Made by a program: the position numbers and the translations under genes. A stretch of DNA of 64,000 nucleotides from Phallusia mammillata. Its lineage: Eukaryota. A model generated the notes under the pieces. That model saw only the letters and a program-made list of their open reading frames with translations, had not been told where the DNA came from and searched no databases. The DNA lies in assembly GCA_965637545.1 (NCBI GenBank), contig OZ281497.1:20088001-20152000 (forward strand), given 5' to 3'. Shown here in pieces: positions 55,001 through 64,000 of this stretch (the stretch's first letter is position 1; every line of letters begins with the position of its first letter).

Positions 55001-58000
55001 CGCGACGCAAGGGAACGACTCGGGTCCAGATTGTCAAAGTTGGTTTTCCACACAATCACCTTAAATTAAAGATTAGAGTTGCCTTGTGCTATTTTAACAG
55101 AGTAAACACTGATTAAAACTGAACGAGCTGCAAACGGCGTGTAGTTTGTAAATCAAAACACAAAACAAACTGCAGTTATTACTTATGTTTAAAAGCAGTT
55201 TGCTAGTCTTGAGGTTGCTTACAAGTCATTATTACTGCATGGGCACTCAACTAAATGCCGCAGTCCTTTGACAAAAAACTATCTGACAAATACGCCTTTA
55301 CCTGCTCGTCGGCGCCACCTGACGAAAAATATTCACCGTTTCTTGAGAAGGCCGTGGAAGTCACTGGCTCCTAAAACGTAATAAGTTTATCAAAAGTGCA
55401 AACTTTATGTGTTTATCACGTTGAATTTTAAACTTATAGTAATAATTTCAAGTGTGTTCTGACTCTTAACATTTAGTTGACTTCAGTACCTGGTGGCCAT
55501 GTAACGTGAAAAACAAGCGGCCCTCAAGAAGATCAAGAACTTTCAATGTGCAATCGTTTGATGCTGTGATGAGGTAATTTCCGCTGGGGTGGAAGGAAAG
55601 TTGATTGACCGGACCACTGTGAACTAAAACAATGAATAAATTGCAGGTTTAACAGTTGTCATTTGGTTTGGTCATGTTCTTTTATATATAACCTTAAACC
55701 CCAAAACCATGCAGGTAAGGAAATATTTTTTTAGGTTTTTCCAAACGTTTACTGAGCAAATGCAATTAAATTAAGAATGTAGCAATCAAGCAGAAAAGAA
55801 GTAATAACTAATAGCCACAAACAATAGACTATAAAATGTACACATTGCACAATGTGCTAAGTTTAACTTCAACTGCTTGTACCTTGATAATGCTGAAGCA
55901 GTTTGTTAGTTCTAATATCCCAGATTTTCACTGTAGCATCTGTTCCTGCTGCAGCAATGCAAGTTCCACTTGGATGAAATTCAACATGGTTTACAAAACC
56001 TCCGTGTTGGAAAAATGTATGAACACATTCTTTGCTGTTTCTAAATTATTACAACAGAACAGGAAAAAGTTAGTCTGGATAGACAACATAGCAAAATATA
56101 ATTCACATTTGCACTCACCTGTCCCACAGTTTTACAGTTTTATCATCACTTCCTGAGACAATCATTCGGTTGTCTGGGGAAAACCTGAATTTTAAGGTGT
56201 TGGTTAAAAAATGCTTTCTTACCAAATGGATTTTTATCTCAGCAAGATCATACAATTGATAACAAAGTAGTGCCTGGCTGTTTTAAACAAAACACTGCTG
56301 TTGTGATGTTATTACAAAAAATTCAAAAGCTTTTTTTGTGCATATTTTAAGCATATATTAGGGCTCATACAATATCAGAACATATGCTGTTCATAAAATA
56401 TCTTACTTGGCACTCCGAACCCAGTTCATGTGTTGTGTAAGAGAGAACTGGAACTTCTGTCTGTGCACCGACCACATTTTGATTGTCTTGTCATCAGAGC
56501 AGGTAAGAAGGTTCAGACCATCGGTAGAAAAGTTGACACTCCGCACTGTAGCAGTGTGGGCCTTAAACACCGTGGATTCCCCTTTTCTGAAAACAATTAT
56601 GCAAGTGTGTTTACAAATGACAATACTTTCAATGCATGCCTTTTACTCAAGCCAACACCTAAAATGTAAAAACAATTTTGTAACACAAGACAAAAAAATT
56701 ATGTTAAAAAAATGACGAGACTCACACGCTAGGAATCCACAATCGGACAGTTTTGTCCCGAGAAGCAGAAGCAACAAGATGACCAGATGGAGAGAATTGT
56801 ACAGACAACACAGCATCCTAAAATGATTTTTTTAGGTAAACATGTTGTTCAAAGACAAGTGACCTGTTGTCATGGAAAAGTAGTTACCTTGTGTCCAACA
56901 AATCGATATGACCTCATGTTGGGCTTGAAATTCCAAACCATTAGGCAAGAATCCATTGAACCAGTAGCTTGAAAATACAACAACATTTGGTCAGCATTTA
57001 ACCTGCTTTAGTTGGTTATATTTAGTCGCCAAGATGGCTGAGTGGCTAACACAACCACTTTGTGTGAACAAGATTGTGGGTTTTAATCCTGCCTCGGCAA
57101 CTTGTGTTTCCTTGAGCAAGAAAGCAGCATTGCTTTATTCCAGTGGAACCAGATGCACATTACTCCAAAAATTGGAATAGAAAATTACTCAACCAACTTG
57201 CATCATAAACAGGCAGCTTGACTGTGGTTGCATTGTGGCTATTTAGGCATTGCCTGCCCACCGGGGGATAAAAATGCAACAAACAGCATCATGATATATC
57301 AATCGCCAAATAAGCATTGGTATAATTCAAATCTTCTTTTATGTGTATACAATACTTTGATTCAATTTGAACACTAAAGTTTTATGTATATATATAGTAT
57401 ACTGCAACTACAATAACATACCAAGTTGTTTCATGTTTGGGTTGAAATCACAGCTTGTTACAGTATCCCTGTGCCCTTTGAATTGCCTTTCCAAAGTTGG
57501 ATCTTCCTGCAGAGGAACAACAATTATTTGTTGACTATGTGCCATCTTGTAAACACTAAATTTACAAAATGAAAACCTATTTACCAAACAAGTTTGTAGA
57601 GCTCTTCTGGCAAATGTAATTTTTATTCCGACGTTTTGACGTCCTATACAGGTCGTCTTCATCAGGGTAAATAACACAGTGTGTTATTTTACCACAGTGT
57701 TATTTACCCTGATGAAGACGACCTGTATAGGACGTCGAAACGTCGGAATAAAAATTACATTTGCCAGAAGAGCTCTACAAACTTGATATTATGCCTGGCA
57801 GCAATAGCTTATCTATTTACCAAACTTAACCCAAAAAATGTTTCAGATTTGATTAATAGACAATTTTAGCCAGGATCTATATTGCACATTTTGGGGTCAC
57901 ACTAAAAGCAGAGAAACAGAAAAGAGGGAAAAGCAGGAAATCAGCACTAAAAGCAGAAAAGAAAGGAAAAGAAGAAAAAAGGGAAATTGGTGTTTTCTAA

Positions 58001-58884
58001 AACAGGGAAAAAATAATTCCAGAAAAACAGGAAATGAGTAAGATTTCTTGTTTCATTACGAAAAGCAGAAAAACGGGAAATGTTTCTTTATTTGTTTTTT
58101 ATACCTTTCTAATGGGCTACTCTAAAATACGCAATCTACGGCTATAAGGGTCAAGGTGAGGGATTGTAATACAAATAACTTTATAATTTAATTTAGATAC
58201 CTTTTGGACCTAATTTTCTTAGTGTTAACATGTGGTACCATACAGTGCTTAGTACCACTTTCAACACATATGAGAATATTAAGTCCAAACTGGAAATCTA
58301 AAACTAAATTATAGTGTTATTTTTATTATAAACCTTTACCCAGACCCTAAAAGCCCTAACCATCAACATTTTATAGATTGCGTATTTTGGAGGAGCCCCT
58401 TTCTAACTCGTAAAAATCATTTGAATGTGATCTATTAGTGTTCTACATCGATTGTGTGTTGTGTCCAATACTGAAAAACAAGAAATGTTTTTTATTTGTT
58501 TATTTCCCGTCTTTTCTGTATTTTGACACAATCAGTGTCGGCTATTAGAACACTTTCGAATGGTTTTTAAGAGCTAAAACGGCAAAAAAACAAATAAAGA
58601 AACATTTTCTGCTTTTCGTATTTTAAAATCTTATGAAACAAGAAATTTTACTCTTTTCCTGTTTTTCTGGAATTATTTTTTCCCTCTTTTAGAAAACACA
58701 AATTTCCCTTGTTTCTGCTTTTCCTTTCTTTTCTGCTTTTAGTGTTGATTTCCTGCTTTTCCCGCTTTTCTGTTTTTCTGCTTTTAGTGTTACCCCACAT
58801 TTTGTGCTCACAAAACTAGCAAACTATGGCAAAAGTGAATCAAACCTAGTCAATATTTGGCATGCTTACCAACATCGTCGTCAT
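52037..58884 (-). CDS. POC1: POC1 centriolar WD40 protein (POC1A/B homolog)
   Basis: 15-nt exon 1 (58870-58884, MTTML|GTAAGC) splices to [28 protein letters not shown] (57422-57506). Next is [27 protein letters not shown], then further WD40 exons. C-terminal Poc1 coiled coil [13 protein letters not shown] / [28 protein letters not shown] at 52037-52039. Confidence 0.95.
57025..57290 (+). mobile_element. tRNA-derived SINE, antisense in POC1 intron 2
   Basis: A box TGGCTGAGTGG (57035-57045), B box GGGTTTTAATCC (57078-57089), then TGTGTTTCCTTGAGCAAG, a typical SINE core block, and an A-rich tail. Confidence 0.7.
57590..57812. mobile_element. Penelope-like-element-derived inverted repeat carrying hammerhead ribozyme motifs
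   Basis: 89-bp arms at 57589-57677 and 57697-57785, 88/89 complementary, with a 19-nt spacer. A 13-bp direct repeat CTATTTACCAAAC lies at 57577-57589 and 57813-57825. Confidence 0.8.
57700..57755 (+). ncRNA. Minimal type I hammerhead ribozyme motif (intact core)
   Basis: CTGATGA at 57709-57715, extra A, stem II GACGACCT-GTAT-AGGACGTC, GAAA at 57737-57740, then CG-TC with predicted cleavage after 57744. Stem I is short and bulged. Confidence 0.65.
57894..58795. mobile_element. 902-bp foldback (Mutator-like) element with TIRs of about 200 bp
   Basis: GGGTCACACTAAAAGCAG... / ...CTGCTTTTAGTGTTACCC. Perfect 9-bp TSD CACATTTTG at 57885-57893 and 58796-58804. Confidence 0.88.
58114..58398. mobile_element. 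285-bp MITE nested inside the foldback element
   Basis: TIRs GGGCTACTCTAAAATACGCAATCTA / TAGATTGCGTATTTTGGAGGAGCCC. 9-bp TSD CTTTCTAAT / CTTTCTAAC (8 of 9 match). Confidence 0.82.
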
Positions 58885-59679
58885 TTTGATTGGTGTCTGT
58901 CGATCTGAGACGATATTTTCCAAATTTTGTTGTTACAAATCTTATAATTAGGCTTACAGCGATCTACTGAAATAAATTTTGCACCAAGCTATTTCAAAAC
59001 AACGTACGTTACGCGCGGGGGCAACGTATTCTCTTTGCTGGCGTCTAGCGGCGCTATAACAATGGTGGATAAAAATATTTTTTTTGTCCCAAAAATATAA
59101 AGGTTTTTTTCTCTAAAAACGAAGTTGTGCTATTAGAAATGTTTTCACAATATGTCTCTGAATATCTGCATTTTAGCTAATGTGCAAGTAAAGCCAACCA
59201 AACTTCGAAAAGTCGAAAGGTAACAACCAAAAGCAAGTTTACACTGCTAGTTGTTGATTTGTCGGCAAATGCAGGCTTCAGCTACTCGCCTAATACCTAG
59301 TTATAAATGGTTAATTTGTCCGAAAATAATTAATTTCGGCTGACTTCTGTGATCAACCACTGAAGAAAAATCCGACATGGATGAACGATTTTGTCAGAAA
59401 CACAAAGTGGAAATATTTACTTACCAAGTAAGCTGCTTTGAGTTGCGGAAAGAATGGATGGATTGTTGTTGTAGGACAAGGTCACAGCAGGTAAAGGTAC
59501 TTAAGTTAAATTACCAAATAGGTTTTGTGGAATGTACTCCAATAGTGCGACACCATAACGTGAATTTTTTGGAAGAATCTACCTTAAAACTCAGATTAAT
59601 GTAAAATATTTTGTTGTGAGAAAAACAAACACAAAAAGTACTACAGAGTTCGTATTTACAGCTTTTGCAATGATAAAAA

Positions 59680-60759
59680 ATGGCTGAGGAATCTGAAACT
59701 GATGCCATTCCAAAATCAGAAAGTAGTGCTATAAAAGATGGAGAGAATTCAAGCTCAAATAGCACTCCGCGAAGTAAACGGAACAACATGTCAACCAGCG
59801 AGATAATGTTTGAAGGCCAATGGGAGGAAGATGACATGGTGGCTCTCTCTGGAGTGGCCGGACAAAGTTTTCAGAAAATACACACAGCAGCGGATACAGA
59901 TGAAGATCTAAACACTCGAAGAAGATTGGAGGTAGAATTGGCCAATGACGATATGCTGGACATGGACATCTCAGAATCTGACTTGGATGGTGTGATGACA
60001 CCAGAAGAGTTGCTGACTCCCGATGACATTGCATCGTCTGTTGATTCCCCACAACACAACTCTGGAATTGATTTGGAGTGGGATAATGATACACCTGTGT
60101 TGCAGCCTACAGAAGAGAGTGTTTCCCCACAGCCTGTACATGGATCTACATGGAGAACAGTTGTAATTGGTGATAAAAACTACAAGCTGGACTTGTCAGC
60201 AATCACCCCATACAGACAAGTGTTATCCCATGGTGGATATTATGGAGAAGGTCTGAATGCAATCGTTGTGTTCTCTGCATGTTTTTTACCCGATTGTAAT
60301 GAAAAGGATTATCGCTACATAATGGACAACCTGTTTTTATATGTAGTGAGCACACTTGAACTGTTGGTGGCTGAAGACTACATGATCATATTTTTTAACA
60401 GTGGTTGCAGAAGGAGAAATCTTCCACCTGTTAATTGGTTGAAAAAGTGTTATCAAATGATCCATAGGCGCCTTCGTAAAAATCTCAAACAGCTGATTGT
60501 TGTCCACCCATCTTGGTACATACGTTTGCTGATTGGCTTTTTCCGCCCATTTATCAGCTCAAAGTTTAGCAAAAAACTGCAGCTTGTATCAAACCTACAC
60601 AAACTTGCAGATCTTGTGCCATTGGACAGTGTTGTTGTGCCTGATGCAGTCCAGCTTAGTGACATCAAACTGCAACAAAAATTTAAAAAAGACCCCTCAG
60701 TTGTGAATATTTCGTCTGGGCCAAGTGAACAATCCTCGCCAGGTGAATTTCCAAGGTGA
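59680..60759 (+). CDS. BNIP2: BNIP2/caytaxin (ATCAY)/PRUNE2-family BCH (CRAL-TRIO-like) protein, single-exon CDS
   Basis: 359-aa ORF with an acidic N-terminus followed by the BCH domain: YRQVLSHGGYYGEGLNAIVVFSACFLPD, DNLFLYVVSTLELLVAEDYMIIFF, WLKKCYQMIHRRLRKNLKQLIVVHPSW, RPFISSKFSKK. The symbol indicates the family; the paralog is not resolved. Confidence 0.93.
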   Translation: MAEESETDAIPKSESSAIKDGENSSSNSTPRSKRNNMSTSEIMFEGQWEEDDMVALSGVAGQSFQKIHTAADTDEDLNTRRRLEVELANDDMLDMDISESDLDGVMTPEELLTPDDIASSVDSPQHNSGIDLEWDNDTPVLQPTEESVSPQPVHGSTWRTVVIGDKNYKLDLSAITPYRQVLSHGGYYGEGLNAIVVFSACFLPDCNEKDYRYIMDNLFLYVVSTLELLVAEDYMIIFFNSGCRRRNLPPVNWLKKCYQMIHRRLRKNLKQLIVVHPSWYIRLLIGFFRPFISSKFSKKLQLVSNLHKLADLVPLDSVVVPDAVQLSDIKLQQKFKKDPSVVNISSGPSEQSSPGEFPR

Positions 60760-62133
60760 TTTAGCACTGTGATAAACTTTATGTAAGGAATTCAAAATGT
60801 TTCTTAGATACAAGTTCCTTTAGCAATAGATAATGTGTCTGCCCTTCTTGCATGTCTGATTTGCTTGTTGGTCTTTTCTTCCCTCTTTGTATAGTATATC
60901 TATATACACACACATTCAAGAGATTTGCACCTTTGTGTCAACTTGATAATAATCCAAATAGAAGCGTAGAACTTTATTTTGTGTACTATATTTGCTGGTG
61001 TGCATTTCTAGTTGAATTCAAATATCCTACTATATCCAGACATTTACCTACTTTACACAAGATTCAAGATGTATCATAACCATTTATTAAGACTAAAAAC
61101 TATCTGCATTTCTGCAAATATTACAAAGAGTTGTTTTTTTGATCGTATTATTTATTACGAAAAAGTGAATGTGATGAATTTCGACCAAATGGTGTAGTGC
61201 AGCTTTTAGAAATAGTGCTCCATTCACTGTATGTTTGCCACTGTTGCTTACAAGTCAGATGTTTTTGCGTAGATCAACTAGTTGATATATATACCTTTAT
61301 AGTGGTCAAACCATTGTTTTTTCTTCATTCATAGCTTCAGCAAAAGCCAGCACAAAATAAGGTTCAGTTGTCACACAATGTGATCATTTAAAAAAGGAAG
61401 TATAATACACAAGTGAAGTTTGTTAATGTTGATTTTTATTCTGCATCATCACTGATCTCCACTTTGAATGGTAATTGTTGATGACTGGGGAGACTGAAGA
61501 GCAATCCCTCTTCAGGCATTTCTCCTTCATATTGCAAGGAAAGAATCCATTCCACGATTGTCTTTCTGCCGACTTTGCTTTTTTCCATTTCAATCTTACT
61601 AACATTTGTGACACCAGAAATCTACATAAAAACACTTGTTTTATTGAATGTTTTAAAGCAGGGTACTTGTAAAATGCAGTGGATGGTATGGTATGCACTC
61701 TTATACACTCTATACTCTTATAGCACAATATATCTATCCAGTTTTTGTATTATGTCAGAACCTTGTATATGCACAAAACTTAAACCCAATCCAAGTGTAG
61801 AGGAGCCAAACCACAAGCCAAGCTTTAAACCACCACAACAAGAAAAAACCATACAACCAATGCTTTATGCCAACTAAAACAGTTTACAACACAAAACTTT
61901 GTCAGTTATCAGGAACAGTTACTACCTGTGTTAGCTGATTTCTGAGTTCATCCTCAGTTATCCATGCAACCTTGCGGTTTGTTGCTTCTATGTCAGATTC
62001 ATGAATGTTCATGGTGTATTCCTTGACCACCGATTGGGCTGCTGCTTCTTCTGTTTGAAAAACATATTAAGCGGTGCTGTCAAAAACAATTTTTGGTCAT
62101 TGTGAATAACTGCTATAGACTAATGCACTATTG

Positions 62134-62746
62134 CAGGGGTGGCCAGACCTGCTTCACGCTCGAGCCGCAAACAACATAATTTAGTTTTAAAATAGCCGCA
62201 ACACAAAAAAAATCAAAAAAACGAATTCATTCACTCACAATGAAGTGTAAGCTATCAAATAATGATTATATTGTTGTGTGGTGATACTGTGAGTCTCCAC
62301 CTGGGCAAGGTGTTTGAAATTAAGCTGATATGGTGGGAAAGTTTGTGCTTAGCTTCGTAATGACGTTTCAAGTTACTAGTTTTGTAATGATTGAACAAAG
62401 CTCGACAGATAAGACACACAGGTTTAAACTTTGCAGTTATTGCTAGTAGAAGCTGCAATACAAATGTAAAATGCTTTTAATGTCAGCCCTGACTTAACAG
62501 CTTGAATCATTTGACTACAATGCACAATAGCACGCTTCTGTACAAAAATGTTCTTTTCGGTTGGTTTTCGGAATGTACATTGGTTATGACAAACAGTCAG
62601 TCTATTGTTAATACGTGATAAAATGCATTGTTTTATCATCTGGTCAAATAACTGCAAGATGGGAACGCATGTGCAGCATCAAAGAGCCGCAATCAAAGGC
62701 TCAATGAGCCGCATGCGGCTCGAGAGCCGCAGTTTGGCCACCCCTA
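62134..62746 (-). mobile_element. 613-bp hAT (Charlie/Buster/SPIN-like) deletion derivative retaining a BED zinc-finger fragment
   Basis: TIRs CAGGGGTGGCCA / TGGCCACCCCTA. Perfect 8-bp TSD CACTATTG at 62126-62133 and 62747-62754. The minus strand encodes KPVCLICRALFNHYKTSNLKRHYEAKH. Confidence 0.92.
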
Positions 62747-63888
62747 CACTATTGTTTGTGATGGGAAATTGTGTTTTAGTTGAGCAACAATTATCCTTAA
62801 TAGTATGCAAAGAGAGCAACTTTATAGCGTCTACTATGACTCTATGAAGTCCATTCCATTAGGTTTGTGAGCAAAAACATCTTCTTTGCCAAACATATTT
62901 TAGTAGCTTTTCTTATAAACCTGGTACAGAAGCTGATGTAAGAAAACTCAACGATTTATCTTTGCAACAAAGTACAAGTTTTACAGTACTGCTATATGGA
63001 TATTTTCATTAAATCTTGTTGATGGATTAACAAATGATACGACTGCTCTGTTCTTTAAAAGCTCATCTAGTATTTGTAGAAGATCTTGATGTGCATTGCT
63101 GGTTGGTAATTAAACTGCAAACACTTTTTCAAATAGTCGCTAACCCTAGCTTTGCATTTTCTGTGGTTTTACATTTAAACATAAACAACAAAACAATTCA
63201 AAAAGACTTTCAAACTTTCTTGATTTATAATATTTACTTTAGATCTTTTTGTTACATGCCCAATTGTTTTTTTAACTGCTTTAAGTTTTTATCAAAATCT
63301 TTTAAGAATCAACCAAGGCTGCCTTGTAAAACAACACACAAACATGTAACTTACAAAAACCCAAACTACATGTTAAACAAATATCTCCATACTTAACTAA
63401 CATCCTGGCATTAGGTTTTTTAAACAGAAATACTTATAACATTTAAAACTTTGTGCTGAAATTAATTAAAACTGCCACAATCAACATATTCTGTAAGTTT
63501 AAAAGAAATTGCAACTCATCTGAAAAATTGTGTTTGTTATACATAGCTTACAAAGCTACATCATGGCAACATGTTTGAAACATTAACACAAGTATATATA
63601 AAAGAAAACATCTAACCTCGTCAACAAACATCTAAACTCCCATGTATTTAAAACAGTTCTGAACATAATATGTATTAGTCCTTGTGGTATAAATTCTATT
63701 GCATTTGTTCCACAAAAACCACAACCAGGAAACAAAAATGTGTAATGCTCTGAAACCCTCACTCAGACACTTTACCAACCAGCAATGCACATTTCATCTC
63801 TACAGATACTCCTGACTGACAAATCACATATTTTGTAATCTCTCCTGACACTGGCCTTCTTTCTCTCCCTGTCAAGAGCACAAAGCAA

Positions 63889-63987
63889 CTACCCACCACC
63901 ACCACCTATCGCTTCCTCATTTTCAGTTTGTTCTTCCTCTTTACTTTGTTCTGCCTCTGCGGCAGCGGCTGCTTCTTCCATGAGAAC
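63889..63987 (-). CDS. Probable last coding exon of an unidentified gene entering from the right edge
   Basis: Acceptor GACAG at 63988 is followed by VLMEEAAAAAEAEQSKEEEQTENEEAIGGGG*. The composition is purine-rich and coding-like, and AT-rich UTR-like sequence follows. Confidence 0.55.
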   Translation of the reverse strand, partial: VLMEEAAAAAEAEQSKEEEQTENEEAIGGGGG

Positions 63988-64000
63988 CTGTCAGGATTGA

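Noticed and set aside
57507-57545. In-frame ATG giving a POC1 start [13 protein letters not shown]
   Set aside because: This stretch is a polypyrimidine tract plus CAG acceptor. The 15-nt exon at 58870-58884 with a GTAAGC donor fits the known exon-1 layout better.
59377-59604. 75-aa ORF upstream of the BCH gene
   Set aside because: No motif; it lies upstream of the acceptor at ~59661 and is probably in an intron or outron.

Overview
Compact, AT-rich eukaryotic genomic DNA with mostly 50-300 nt GT-AG introns. The gene style suggests an invertebrate chordate, probably an ascidian; this is inference and no species is claimed. Genes in order: first exon of an unidentified, probably mitochondrial protein (-); cytosolic seryl-tRNA synthetase SARS1 (+); a divergent Wnt (+); an 8xFN3 protein with an N-myristoylation motif and a PEVK-like tail (-); a tight same-strand trio PSMA5, RWDD3, MANF (+); a divergent bHLH factor (-); about 26 kb of gene-poor DNA centred on DUSP6/7/9 (-); POC1 (-) head-to-head with an intronless BNIP2/caytaxin-family BCH gene (+); and the last exon of an unidentified gene (-). 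Several non-autonomous DNA transposons have readable TIRs and TSDs, and there are tRNA-derived SINEs. Best leads: (1) a TSD-flanked 89-bp inverted repeat in POC1 intron 1 carrying two minimal hammerhead ribozyme motifs, where the only arm mismatch hits catalytic G12 of the copy on the host pre-mRNA strand; (2) the myristoylated FN3-PEVK 'mini-titin-like' protein; (3) a Wnt that has lost both cysteines of one conserved disulfide. All exon structures were read by eye and no database searches were run.
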